64,000 nucleotides of DNA, from IMG/VR virus record IMGVR_UViG_3300005253_000946. One strand, given 5' to 3'. Source of the stretch: a virus. This document shows, piece after piece, positions 8,471 to 18,316 of this stretch (position 1 is its first letter; the number at the start of each line of letters is the position of its first letter). The notes under the pieces were generated by a model, which was given only the letters and a program-made list of their open reading frames with translations, was not told the DNA's origin and searched no databases. Position numbers and translations under genes: made by a program.

Positions 8471-11211
8471 TGGGTGGCGGTGCCGGAGGTAGACTTCATC
8501 TACGATTGTTCCTTGATGGTATTGAGATTCCTGTAGTCGGGGCTAATGTCACTACTACAATCAACGCGCCTGCTAGAGCGCAGATTAGAATCATCCCTAC
8601 AGATTTGGCTAAATACATTCAGCCTAGAACTACTGTACAGCTTTTTTACTATGACTATACTGGTATTGAAATAAAGACTGAAGATTCAGCAGAACGTGCC
8701 TCATCCGGTGTTATTGAAGCTGATCTATTAGATATAACCTCTACAGACCCTCCTAATGATGCGCCTTTAACTAAGTCAAAGTTAACTGCCGATACTAAGG
8801 CGTTATTAGGCGAAGGTAAAGATATTGGCAATATGTATTCTGGAGATGTTTTAAACAAGTATAGGGTATTGTTTAAAGGTGAAGTGTCTGGGTGGCAGTG
8901 GTCTAAGTCAGCTCAAGGAAATAGGGTTATATCTTTAGAGTGTTTAGACGATACCAACTATTTCGATTTCATTTACCAGACGTACTTAAATGTGGGTTCT
9001 ATTGCCCAGTCCCAAATGACTATGTTTCTACAAGGTCAGGATCATAATTATACATTTTTGGCGGCGCAATTCTTTGAAGCAACAAACTGGATCACACGAT
9101 TGTTCAGCCCTGGCGGTAGTCCTTTTCTACTCGACAGATACAAAGTGAAGTTTCAAGGAATTAATGGCTTATTAGCCGGGTTTGTCAGGATTATAGCAGC
9201 AGTATCTGGTGTAGATCCAGGACCTGCCGGGGGTAGAATACTTAATATCTTTTTCAGAGAAGCTCTTCTTAGAAATAGAATACTAGATCAAGTTTACGCA
9301 GCTGAAAATGACGATACAGCCATCAAACTTATGGAAACTACTGTTTTTTTTCAATCTATACAAAACACTATTTCAGAACTCGGAGCTAACCAAGCCACAT
9401 TGAGAGATATGTTAAAGCTGTCGCTGACTCCTATATATTACACGCACGCTCCTATAACTACTCCGTATTATAATCCAGACAAAGACTCTCTTTATACATT
9501 GATGATGAAACCGGAATTGTTTTTTGCTCCCCCTCCATCGTGTAACTTAATATTTCCAGATGAGTACACATCTGTATCTTACGCACGTAATTACTTAGCT
9601 GAACCTACAAGGTTATTGGTTCAGGAGCGTGCTACTGTAGCTACTGGTGGAGCAGGCGCACAAGATATGCAACCTATGCATTTCGCACCAGCTACAACTG
9701 CTGTAATAGAATCAGTCAAGAAGATAGAGGCTGGGCAGAATATACCTGGGGTTGTACCTGGTAGTGGAGCTTTCAGTAAATTTCTGTCTTTAAAACACCC
9801 ACACGAACAGTTCACAGGCCCAATCCCGGTCTGGCAATCTATAAGTCAGTACCCTAGCTATACAGCTACTAAAGCTGCAGCAGGGCAACCAACTCCCCAC
9901 ATAACAGATACAGCCAACTATGAATTCTATAAAATGAGATTCGGAACTAGAATGGCAAATGTTACTGCCAAGTTCTTACCGAGGTTAGTATGTGGGTTGC
10001 CTGCCGCTGTAATAGATAAACCTGTCTTACAAAGTGAATTAGATGAATCTCATCCGTCTCACTTACTTGGTAGTATCATTACTCTTACTCACAGTGTAGA
10101 TGCTGTTAGTGGTGGTACCACTTCGTTTACTTTAGAAAAGGTACGAATGTGGGATGAGTCTTTGAGTGGGTACGCTGTCGGAACTGAGGGCCAGATATAT
10201 AAGTTCCTAACGGTTACAAATGCTCGTTTAGGTACCGCAGCTCCTACTGTTATACCGATTGAAAAAATTATTGCCCCAAAGTGGTTAGATAAGGATGTGT
10301 ATGGGAATGAAAATATAGGCCCTAAGTTTTATGCACCATTATTAGGGTGTGGTAGTATGATTGATTCTGTAAAAGTAGGTTACTTGGATGAGGAGGAGGA
10401 AGCTGACAAAGCTAGAGAAGTGGCCGAGACAGTAGTTAGAGGAATAATTACCAGCAACTCCGGTTTATTTGGTATAGAGTTTACTCCAGGTGAAACAGAG
10501 GATTCAGATATATTATTTCGTACTAATGCTACTCAACGAGCTTCTGCCAGTATCCACGACGCGGATTCTCCTTTAAATACTGCTACTACTGTAGGTGAGT
10601 TTAGAGACGCACTTACAGCAGAATTGTCTAACACTCCTGTGAGTATTAACAAGTCTATAGAAGTATTGGCAGATGCATACAGTCGTCTGTCTAGAGGAAA
10701 AATAGCAGACATACAAAATTTTATAAACACAATTACTTTCAGACCAATTGCGAAATTGTTAGATATTATAGATCCTGAAGCAATTACTGCTTCTCTAATT
10801 CAGATAGGTGTTCTCTCAGATCCTATAGAAGAAGCAACTAGTATACTCGAAGACATAGCACTAACCACAGCTGGTGAAGTAAATCCTAGGGATGCTGATG
10901 CAGCTACTATGGCTCAGTTAGCTAATGAGATTAGGTATGATGACAGAGATCCAAAATTTGTTTCAGGTCCGACTATTCAATTTGAGTCAGACAAGCTAAC
11001 TCCTAAGTTCAATGTCTTATATGTAGGTAGGCCATTTGCTAGAGCACAAACGGAAGGGGATCCAGTATCTGGTACCCCAGTTACTGCCTCAACTGGAGCT
11101 GTTGAAGTTGAGGGCGTCCAAGTTGTAAAAGACCCTGTACTAAAAGCCCGCCAGACTATAATATTAAAATATAGGCGACAGCTTATACGGTCTAGAGGTT
11201 TTGTAGGATAA
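8470..11211 (+). CDS. Putative baseplate hub / tail protein (gp27/gpD-like N-terminus)
   Basis: 913 aa. N-terminal RLFLDGIEIPVVGANVTTTINAPARAQIRI..TTVQLFY..LFKGEVSGWQW..ISLECLD pattern resembles contractile-tail hub proteins. Position upstream of gp25 and baseplate J. Confidence 0.5.
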   Translation: MGGGAGGRLHLRLFLDGIEIPVVGANVTTTINAPARAQIRIIPTDLAKYIQPRTTVQLFYYDYTGIEIKTEDSAERASSGVIEADLLDITSTDPPNDAPLTKSKLTADTKALLGEGKDIGNMYSGDVLNKYRVLFKGEVSGWQWSKSAQGNRVISLECLDDTNYFDFIYQTYLNVGSIAQSQMTMFLQGQDHNYTFLAAQFFEATNWITRLFSPGGSPFLLDRYKVKFQGINGLLAGFVRIIAAVSGVDPGPAGGRILNIFFREALLRNRILDQVYAAENDDTAIKLMETTVFFQSIQNTISELGANQATLRDMLKLSLTPIYYTHAPITTPYYNPDKDSLYTLMMKPELFFAPPPSCNLIFPDEYTSVSYARNYLAEPTRLLVQERATVATGGAGAQDMQPMHFAPATTAVIESVKKIEAGQNIPGVVPGSGAFSKFLSLKHPHEQFTGPIPVWQSISQYPSYTATKAAAGQPTPHITDTANYEFYKMRFGTRMANVTAKFLPRLVCGLPAAVIDKPVLQSELDESHPSHLLGSIITLTHSVDAVSGGTTSFTLEKVRMWDESLSGYAVGTEGQIYKFLTVTNARLGTAAPTVIPIEKIIAPKWLDKDVYGNENIGPKFYAPLLGCGSMIDSVKVGYLDEEEEADKAREVAETVVRGIITSNSGLFGIEFTPGETEDSDILFRTNATQRASASIHDADSPLNTATTVGEFRDALTAELSNTPVSINKSIEVLADAYSRLSRGKIADIQNFINTITFRPIAKLLDIIDPEAITASLIQIGVLSDPIEEATSILEDIALTTAGEVNPRDADAATMAQLANEIRYDDRDPKFVSGPTIQFESDKLTPKFNVLYVGRPFARAQTEGDPVSGTPVTASTGAVEVEGVQVVKDPVLKARQTIILKYRRQLIRSRGFVG

Positions 11212-11215
11212 ATCG

Positions 11216-11244
11216 TTGACAGTACTGAGTAATTCTTTAATACT
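11216..11244 (+). promoter_or_regulatory. Sigma70-like promoter TTGACA-N17-AATACT overlapped by a TACTGAG(G)TAAT direct repeat
   Basis: Perfect -35 at 11216-11221 and -10-like at 11239-11244, 9 nt before ATG 11254. Repeat copies start at 11223 and 11241. Confidence 0.45.
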
Positions 11245-11253
11245 GAGGTAATC

Positions 11254-11535
11254 ATGGACTCTACATATTGGACATCGTTTAAAGACGAACTAACTAAGCT
11301 AGGAGCATTGCCTTCTAAGAGTCTCCATGTGACTCCAGGAGCTGATCCTGGGCAACGTAGGATACTTGGAAACAGCCCTGCTCCTACGATGGGTAGTCTA
11401 ACAGCGTCAATGGCTCCAAATTCTTTAGCGTCTAAAGATCTTGGATCTAAAGTTTTAGGTAACCCGCAGATGATGCAAAAAATGATAAATATGTCTAAAG
11501 CTATTAAAGACATCAAGCTTCAAAAGGCAATGTGA
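11254..11535 (+). CDS. Small hypothetical protein with F-x-D-E-L-x-K-L-G motif (putative internal virion protein)
   Basis: 93 aa, GAGGT SD. MDSTYWTSFKDELTKLGAL. Confidence 0.6.
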   Translation: MDSTYWTSFKDELTKLGALPSKSLHVTPGADPGQRRILGNSPAPTMGSLTASMAPNSLASKDLGSKVLGNPQMMQKMINMSKAIKDIKLQKAM

Positions 11536-12173
11536 TGGCTATCCTGACGTTTAAAGTTGAAGATTCTACTACTGTACCAGACCCTACTCCGATAGAGGGT
11601 GTAACACTTTCGATATTTGAAGGAGACGAAGAACTTGCTTCTTTCCTTATCAATTCTGTAATCGGTACAGATGTGTCTCTCCCTGATGGTATTTATTCTC
11701 TAATTTTACACAAACCTAATTATGCGTTCTCTACGAACGTAGTAACTCTTGTAGTAGCTGGGGTTGATTTCGAACAAATTTTAGAAGGATCTGGTCTGGA
11801 CTTTACAGTATCGTCTCCAGACGAGAATCTTTTAACAGCTTATGTTAATCTAGTAGACCCTTCTGGAAAGGCTATACCTTTCCAGAAGATTCTGATTGAG
11901 ATAGAGACAGTACCTTCTGGCACAGTTGGAGGTTTTACTTCGACTAGCGGAAATGTGATTATAGAGACTGACGATACTGGATACGCAGAAACACTTCTTC
12001 CTAAAGGAGCCTCAGTAGGGGTTTCAGTAGTAGGACGAAAAGGTATGTATAGAAGGCTCACACTACCTGCATCGGCTGGCGATCTGAGAGTAGACCTCTT
12101 CGAATTGTTCGGAGAGGCTCCAGACTATTGGAAACCGCAACGTTCCAGAACTTTCCCATTCGAGGTCTCTTAG
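11532..12173 (+). CDS. Virion protein with two prealbumin/carboxypeptidase-regulatory-like Ig domains
   Basis: 213 aa. PIEGVTLSIF..LPDGIYSLILHKPNYAF and LVDPSGKAIP..ETDDTGYAETLLPKGAS. Confidence 0.5.
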   Translation: MMAILTFKVEDSTTVPDPTPIEGVTLSIFEGDEELASFLINSVIGTDVSLPDGIYSLILHKPNYAFSTNVVTLVVAGVDFEQILEGSGLDFTVSSPDENLLTAYVNLVDPSGKAIPFQKILIEIETVPSGTVGGFTSTSGNVIIETDDTGYAETLLPKGASVGVSVVGRKGMYRRLTLPASAGDLRVDLFELFGEAPDYWKPQRSRTFPFEVS

Positions 12174-12183
12174 GAGAAGAACA

Positions 12184-12579
12184 ATGAATATTGAAGAAAT
12201 GCGTAAATTAGCCGCTGTTATATTAGAGGTAGAAAAACCGGAGCAGGAATTTGTTAAAGAGGGATCTATCGAAGAGATCCATATCTTAGCTGGATTCTTA
12301 CTACAAAAAGAAGCCGGTTTATTATCAGGAGCTGCTAAGAAAGCTAAGACACTATTATCTCCTGCCGCAACTACCACAATTAGGCCTGCTGGAGCTGTGA
12401 GAGGTTCTCAAGCGTATGGGCGTGGTATAGTCGACATCTCAGGTCAGACAGCGTCTAGAGTGAAGCCGTCAGTTACAGCTAGGTACGGAAAGGCTGCTGT
12501 AGAAGGTGAGAAGAAAACTATGATGATGGGCGGTAGGTCTGTAACTAAAACACGCCGTGGCGGTAAATGGGTTTTATAA
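12184..12579 (+). CDS. Basic hypothetical protein with K-x-A motifs (putative internal virion protein)
   Basis: 131 aa, AGGAG SD. MRKLAA, FVKEGS, LLQKEAG; Arg/Lys-rich C-half. Confidence 0.6.
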   Translation: MNIEEMRKLAAVILEVEKPEQEFVKEGSIEEIHILAGFLLQKEAGLLSGAAKKAKTLLSPAATTTIRPAGAVRGSQAYGRGIVDISGQTASRVKPSVTARYGKAAVEGEKKTMMMGGRSVTKTRRGGKWVL

Positions 12580-12585
12580 GCATCG

Positions 12586-13404
12586 ATGAATGATCTAGCA
12601 TTAGATGAATTTGCTCACCTTCTTTTTGATGGTGAGGAAGAGGTATTAGAGAAAGAGTCTTTCGCTAAGAAGATGACTCCTATTGCCCCTCTAACTACTA
12701 CTCAACTAAGAAGTCGCCAGAAGAAAGAAGTTCAACTTTACGATACATGGAAACAGGCTCCGACTAAGCAGAACTTAACTCCGTTGATGAAGTCTTTGTC
12801 TAACATCACGAATATGTATACCCAAAGACATGCTACCAGTTGGGCTATACCAAGAAGCGCAGTGGAAGCTGAAGTTAAGATAAAGACTCTCCAAGCCTTA
12901 AACACCTTCGACCCTTCCTATGGGGTTAAGTTAAGTACACATCTCCAACATCAATTAAAATCTGTAGGGAGATTCATCAAAAAATATAATAACTTCGGTA
13001 AGATACCTGAACAAAGACAACGTAGGATTGGTGAGTTTAAACGTGCAAAGACTGAGTTACATGATATGCACGGCAGAGAACCTACTACTCAAGAGATGTC
13101 TGAATTTATGAGTTGGCCGATGTCTGAAGTAGCTTTGCTAGAAATAGAGATACGAGCCGACATTACTGGAGGAGAAGAAACAGGGGCTGTTACTACGTTC
13201 GAACGAAGTAAGGATTCTGATATTTTAAAACTTATTTATTATGAACTGACCCCAGAGGAAAAACTGGTGTACGAATACACTCTAGGCGCTCACGGTAAAC
13301 AAGAGCTTGGTACTACTGCGATAGCTAAACAGTTAAATATGGCCGCAGCGAAGGTGTCTAGAATAAAGAAGAAGATTGCTAACAAGATGCAGGTATACAC
13401 ATGA
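12586..13404 (+). CDS. RNA polymerase sigma-70 family factor (group 3, FliA/SigB/SigF-like)
   Basis: 272 aa. Region 2 ALNTFDPSYGVKLSTH (cf. FDPSRGVKFSTYA), region 3 HGREPTTQEMSEFMSW (cf. GREPT.EEIAE.LG), region 4 LTPEEKLVYEYTLG..GTTAIAKQLNMAAAKVSRIKKK (HTH). Confidence 0.9.
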   Translation: MNDLALDEFAHLLFDGEEEVLEKESFAKKMTPIAPLTTTQLRSRQKKEVQLYDTWKQAPTKQNLTPLMKSLSNITNMYTQRHATSWAIPRSAVEAEVKIKTLQALNTFDPSYGVKLSTHLQHQLKSVGRFIKKYNNFGKIPEQRQRRIGEFKRAKTELHDMHGREPTTQEMSEFMSWPMSEVALLEIEIRADITGGEETGAVTTFERSKDSDILKLIYYELTPEEKLVYEYTLGAHGKQELGTTAIAKQLNMAAAKVSRIKKKIANKMQVYT

Positions 13405-13604
13405 GTATCGAAACAGCTATTTTACAACTGAACATCTTAAAAGTATCATTCTCAGAATGGAAATTGAAGGAACAACTTAGGTTAAATGAGGAAGTCGTGT
13501 TCCTCAGCACTATTGAAACCTCACCTAGCAGCTTAATCGATGAGACCACAGCGTCTACTTCAGCTGTAGTAACTACAGACATTAACAAATTACTGGAGCT
13601 TTAA
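13401..13604 (+). CDS. Hypothetical protein
   Basis: 67 aa, ATGA overlap with the sigma gene. Confidence 0.5.
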   Translation: MSIETAILQLNILKVSFSEWKLKEQLRLNEEVVFLSTIETSPSSLIDETTASTSAVVTTDINKLLEL

Positions 13605-13605
13605 A

Positions 13606-14340
13606 ATGCCGCCTGTTATTAGAAAACAATGGTTCGTTTCTCCGTTAGGCTTAGATGCCAATACAGGACTGGATTGGGATAATGCTTTTCTTACTGTTAC
13701 ATTTGCCCTTACACAAATGGTAGCCTCTCTTCCTCACCAGCTTAATCTGGGTATGGGAGCGTACAATGAGACAGTAGTATTTCCAGATCTTGATTTAATT
13801 ATTAACGGTACTAGGTCTTCATTTATAGATGGGGTTCCATACTATGATGCAGAACAAGGCGAGAACGCTCCTGGAATTGTTCTAGGAGACGGTGTAACTA
13901 CTGTATTTTTTATCAAGGATCTGAGTGTCCTCAATTCGCTATTAGAGTTAGTACTTGTAAAAGCAGATGTGACTTCAGATGCTACAGACAATCCTGTTTA
14001 CTTAAAAGTGGTTGATTCTGGAGAAATATTTTCCGGTGATGGTGACGAGGTTAAATTAAATCGTTCTGCTAGAACTTTTGAATTTGAGACAGCTCCAGTA
14101 GACGGATCCCTGATTACTTATGAATCTTTAAGAGGTCCGTTCGAGTATGCGAAGTTCTCTAAGTCAGGCTCAGTGGTTTTTGCAGATGTGCCGGTAAATA
14201 TACGTAATGTGAAATCAGGGGCTGTAAATAAAATTGTGTTTCCTTTAGAACATCTTCCTACTAAGCAAATCGCTTACTATTTTACCTATGACGCTAGTGG
14301 TAATCTTATTGACTCTACTCCAGTAATCGAGCTTGTCTAA
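13606..14340 (+). CDS. Putative virion protein with a pectin-lyase-like (DUF1565-type) N-terminal cap motif
   Basis: 244 aa. WFVSPLGLDANTGLDWDNAFLTVTFAL..LGMGAYNETV, then GDGVTTVF and FEFETAPVDGSLITY. Confidence 0.5.
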   Translation: MPPVIRKQWFVSPLGLDANTGLDWDNAFLTVTFALTQMVASLPHQLNLGMGAYNETVVFPDLDLIINGTRSSFIDGVPYYDAEQGENAPGIVLGDGVTTVFFIKDLSVLNSLLELVLVKADVTSDATDNPVYLKVVDSGEIFSGDGDEVKLNRSARTFEFETAPVDGSLITYESLRGPFEYAKFSKSGSVVFADVPVNIRNVKSGAVNKIVFPLEHLPTKQIAYYFTYDASGNLIDSTPVIELV

Positions 14341-15200
14341 TGGATACTTTAGCATGGTTTAGTGGAGGTCTGTTAGGAGGAGGCTCCGAAGCTCCTCTAC
14401 CTATCGATCAGGATATGTGTAGGGTTACAGCCCTGCTCATAGACGCTACAGGAACTCCGCTAATAAAGTATCGTGTTCAAGTACAAATGATTGACTTTCC
14501 TGGAGTTGTGCAGTCTAGAGGAATCTTTAAACGTAAAGAGGTCGTAACTACTGACCAGCTTGGTTATTTAGAGTTCTTTGCCTTTAGAGGAGCAAGTTAC
14601 CACATAGTATTTCAACGTCATGAAGATGCAGTATATAAAGTAGAAATACCTAGTGTCGATACTATTAACCTGATCGATCTCGTATTTTTTGAACTTTTAA
14701 GTATAGAGTTTGAAGTAGAGAAGACTACTCTTTCTATTGATGAGAGTCTTTCTATAATAGTCAATGGGTTGTTTACAGATGGGCAAACAAGAGAGGTTAC
14801 AAGAGATGTTGAGATAAACTCGGCAACCGAAATTTTAGGTGAGAGTTTGACTGCTACAATAGTTCCTGAAGAGTGGAGTACAGCTAACGATGACCTACTG
14901 GCAGAGAGTGAGACTATCACAGACTTATCTGTAGTTTTGATACGAGATACTGACTACACTGTCAACTATGAGACAGGTCTGGTTACGTTTACGGTAGCTC
15001 CTACAGCACCAATAATGAGCTACCGACATTCTAGTATAACAGTTAATGGGACTGTCTCTTATCCAGAAGTAGGGAACTATGTTCTGTTTACAACTGATGG
15101 TTCCTATGTACGTCCTTCGTCAATAAGCGGTGGGATTTTTTATACACCCCTACCAGATGTTGACCCAGCGCCGGAAGTATTTATAAATGTGGTATCCTAG
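14340..15200 (+). CDS. Virion protein: prealbumin-like domain (paralog of 11532 ORF) plus DY-x-V-N-Y-x-x-G module
   Basis: 286 aa. LIDATGTPL..TTDQLGYLEFFAFRGAS; IRDTDYTVNYETGLVTF. Confidence 0.55.
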   Translation: MDTLAWFSGGLLGGGSEAPLPIDQDMCRVTALLIDATGTPLIKYRVQVQMIDFPGVVQSRGIFKRKEVVTTDQLGYLEFFAFRGASYHIVFQRHEDAVYKVEIPSVDTINLIDLVFFELLSIEFEVEKTTLSIDESLSIIVNGLFTDGQTREVTRDVEINSATEILGESLTATIVPEEWSTANDDLLAESETITDLSVVLIRDTDYTVNYETGLVTFTVAPTAPIMSYRHSSITVNGTVSYPEVGNYVLFTTDGSYVRPSSISGGIFYTPLPDVDPAPEVFINVVS

Positions 15201-15714
15201 AAGCATTTTAATTCAAGAAATCTTCTGTGACCTACTTGAAGTAGGTGTAGTACGCGACGATGGTGATGTCGACGAAGATGAATTTCCAGAAAACTATGAG
15301 AGTGAACGTATTACTAATCTGAAAAAGAGTACGTTACTTCGAGCTGTAAGAGATTTTCTCCAGTTCACTATAATGACTTACGAAGGTATAAAAGAAACTA
15401 GCAGACAGCATCAGAGTGATCTCAAGTGGGGGTATCAGGCTTACACATGGATCTTCTCAAAGAACAATATTGCCGACAATCCTCTAGACTACGATTTTAC
15501 ATTTGAAGGTATGTGCGAGAGTGTCGACTACAACCCGCAAGCGTTAAAAGAACAACTCTTGAAACTGACTAAAGAGAACTGCATTACCTTAAAAACCTAC
15601 CTCAGTGCAGAGCGTGGGTTTAAATTACCGAACCTACTAACTTCTATACCTAATGATGACTTTCAACTATTTTTCCCACAAAACGAACTACAGGTTTATG
15701 AGGTCTCATCTTAA
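15187..15714 (+). CDS. Hypothetical phage protein (helical; LLRAVRDF..AYTWIFS..FTFEGMCESVDYNP)
   Basis: 175 aa ORF filling the gap between two structural genes. Pattern seen in small non-structural phage proteins. Confidence 0.5.
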   Translation: MWYPRSILIQEIFCDLLEVGVVRDDGDVDEDEFPENYESERITNLKKSTLLRAVRDFLQFTIMTYEGIKETSRQHQSDLKWGYQAYTWIFSKNNIADNPLDYDFTFEGMCESVDYNPQALKEQLLKLTKENCITLKTYLSAERGFKLPNLLTSIPNDDFQLFFPQNELQVYEVSS

Positions 15715-18062
15715 TGGCTGAATATCAAGAACAGGAGGTAGTAGATAGTCTGTCTAACTTCTTTATTCAATCTCTAGACTATATCCGTATTGAGGGTACA
15801 GCCAAAGATGTTGAGTCTTTATACACTAACTTAATAGACCTCGTTACGTTTGGGTTCCTTCTTAATTCTACAGCCATATTTTACTTAACCAAACTCGCCT
15901 CTGATAATTTAGGGAGTGGTTTTATGGGTCTGGTTTTAGAAGATCTGTCTGATTTGTATGACAATATAGATCAAATAGACGCTATTACAGGTGACCAAGA
16001 AATCACTAACTTAAACAAGCTAGATGATGCTTTATCGTCTCTAGTAGGTGTTACGTCAGCAGTTGCCAGTAATCTAGATCCTACTAATAAGTTATCTGAA
16101 TTTACTGGGGACTTAGACGAGTTCCTGGTCGGTCCTATAAAAGAGAATGTTACTGCACAAGGAGCAACAAACTCTATTGCCGGGGTCATCTCAGGAGTAG
16201 ATTCTCTTGAGGACTCTCTGGTTATATTATGGAATAGGATAAATATTATCAGCAGTGTCTTAGCGGCCTATAATCAGTTGAACCTGAAGTTTAGCGCCTC
16301 TAAAAGTATGACTATAAAGATACGAGAAAGCATTATCCTTATTAGAGATACTTTGGCTAATAGTGTTATATCTGAGCAAGCTGCATTAAGTAGGGATTAC
16401 TTCTTAGAGTTGGTGTCTGGGAAAAACTCTTTAGCTACTATTTTAGAATTCTCTGCACCTGAGTTTGTCGAGTTTTTGGCTGGGCCGTTTACTGGTGATT
16501 TAGATTTCATAGACGGTGAACAGGTAGGAGATTTGATTGTAGATGTAGCTTCAGAAGATTTATTAGCTCAAGGGGTTCAAGCTAAAGATTATCTAGAAAT
16601 CATAACCCCTGCAGCTTTATCTGGGGAGTTGTTTGAAATAGTAGAGATTCTCAATAACATTTCTATCTCAGGTGTCTCGATTGAGTTAGATCGGCAGATA
16701 CCGATGATGTTTCAAGACTCAGATTCTTTTATCAATAGCCCCACCAGCCCTACCTATGTAACTGATTACACTGTTACACCTACTGGTGGTTTTGTTGAGT
16801 TAGATGAGACCCAGTTGTCTGTGACCATCGGAGGAGTTCCTGTACCAGATGCAGATACAGTTGTTACCCCTACAACAGGTTTAGTAGATATTACAGCCTT
16901 CGCTGCCCCAGATGTAGGTCAAGTAATCGAGGCTGACTACATACGTATTGTAGAGGAGACAGAGGCCTTGACAGGTTCTCCACAAAGTACTGTGTACTCT
17001 CCTGTTATTGCCGGTAGTGAAGTAGTGACAAATGGAGGACCTGCCCTAATTAGAGGAACTGATTATTTAATTGATTATGGTACCGGAACTGTAACCATAC
17101 TTACAGCTGCTAATCAGATTGTGTATAGACATGAGAGTGCTATAGTCGGAGAAACTGTCACCCCGATACCAGATAACTCTAATCTTATATTCGATCTGGA
17201 TGTTACAGCTAGTCTTACAGGGACATTTATTGAAATCAAAGATGGGTCAGAGGTCATTTATCTGGACAGTGCTGTTCTGATTTCAAGGAAAGACTACTAT
17301 ATAGTTGATTACACAGCTACCACAGATCAGTTATCGTTTGCCCCAAAAGCGTCACCAATAGGTACTGAGGTTTTAGTTACTTACTACTATGAGAAGTTCA
17401 ATCAAGTAACGTTCTCTATTAAGAGAGGAAGCCCTTTTCACCCAAACTTTTTATCCTTTATAGATAGCATCTCAACTGAGGTACTTTTGGAATCTCTTGG
17501 GTCTGGTGACGAATTTATTACAGAATTTGATTTACCTACAGCCCAATCTTCTCAAGGTACTGTTGTACGATTATTTACATCTGTCTACGCGGACTCTGTA
17601 AAAGTCAGTCAACTTTTATACTCTGTCGATGAATTAGAAGGTAAAATTATTTTCAGCACACCTCCTGTAGCGGGCACTGTTATTGAGTCTGACTACAGGT
17701 ATTATTCGTTTGGCTTAAAATCTTCTTTCGACGATTTAAGATCACTGGCTGCTGCAGCTGTTAGATCTAAAGACTCTGCTGATATCATAGCTGCTCAAGC
17801 AGAAGTCGATTCACAATCTTCTGGTATAAACTTGTGGATATCTGAAGCAAGTACGTATTTAGGGCCTGTTGCCAGAGCTATTGAGGTAGACAGTATTTTT
17901 GGTATATTGGACGACCAAGGATTAGACAGGTCAGCTAGAATTCTATTAGAGGCAGACCTTCTTTCCTTCTTCGGCTTAACCTTTGAAAAGTCGTCGACGA
18001 ACTCTAATTTTACTTCTGCGACTAATGCTATGATGCAAGAAATGGAAGGACTTGTGCAGTGA
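15714..18062 (+). CDS. Baseplate-associated structural protein (helical termini, central beta modules)
   Basis: 782 aa. Several DY-x-[IV]-D-Y-x-x-G modules (IRGTDYLIDYGTGTVTI; RKDYYIVDY; YSVDELEGKIIF). Directly upstream of gp25 and baseplate J. Confidence 0.55.
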   Translation: MAEYQEQEVVDSLSNFFIQSLDYIRIEGTAKDVESLYTNLIDLVTFGFLLNSTAIFYLTKLASDNLGSGFMGLVLEDLSDLYDNIDQIDAITGDQEITNLNKLDDALSSLVGVTSAVASNLDPTNKLSEFTGDLDEFLVGPIKENVTAQGATNSIAGVISGVDSLEDSLVILWNRINIISSVLAAYNQLNLKFSASKSMTIKIRESIILIRDTLANSVISEQAALSRDYFLELVSGKNSLATILEFSAPEFVEFLAGPFTGDLDFIDGEQVGDLIVDVASEDLLAQGVQAKDYLEIITPAALSGELFEIVEILNNISISGVSIELDRQIPMMFQDSDSFINSPTSPTYVTDYTVTPTGGFVELDETQLSVTIGGVPVPDADTVVTPTTGLVDITAFAAPDVGQVIEADYIRIVEETEALTGSPQSTVYSPVIAGSEVVTNGGPALIRGTDYLIDYGTGTVTILTAANQIVYRHESAIVGETVTPIPDNSNLIFDLDVTASLTGTFIEIKDGSEVIYLDSAVLISRKDYYIVDYTATTDQLSFAPKASPIGTEVLVTYYYEKFNQVTFSIKRGSPFHPNFLSFIDSISTEVLLESLGSGDEFITEFDLPTAQSSQGTVVRLFTSVYADSVKVSQLLYSVDELEGKIIFSTPPVAGTVIESDYRYYSFGLKSSFDDLRSLAAAAVRSKDSADIIAAQAEVDSQSSGINLWISEASTYLGPVARAIEVDSIFGILDDQGLDRSARILLEADLLSFFGLTFEKSSTNSNFTSATNAMMQEMEGLVQ

Positions 18063-18316
18063 GCGTATTACCTAGAGTAGTTCTAATAGGAGCTTTTAAT
18101 GCAGCTTCTTTTGCACGTAGTCAGCAGACTACTGAAAGTATCTCTGCGCTAACTATAGATGAGCTAGTCCAGGAGGCTGTTTCTGTTATTCAAGATGAGG
18201 TAGTAGCCGATACAGGTAAGCCAGGTAAACTTGCTAGATTAGAACTTATAAGTAATGGGCTGGATGCGGCTATTGAATATTTTGAACAAGTACTTTCTAG
18301 TGGGTCTTTCTTATGA
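18059..18316 (+). CDS. Hypothetical protein
   Basis: 85 aa, GTGA and ATGA overlaps with both neighbours. Confidence 0.55.
   Translation: MSVLPRVVLIGAFNAASFARSQQTTESISALTIDELVQEAVSVIQDEVVADTGKPGKLARLELISNGLDAAIEYFEQVLSSGSFL

Noticed and set aside
1-10000. Apparent abundance of CTAG/TCTAGA sites
   Set aside because: A rough hand count gave about 38 CTAG in the first 10 kb versus about 36 expected at 40% GC. The site is simply not depleted, and enrichment is unproven without a proper k-mer analysis.
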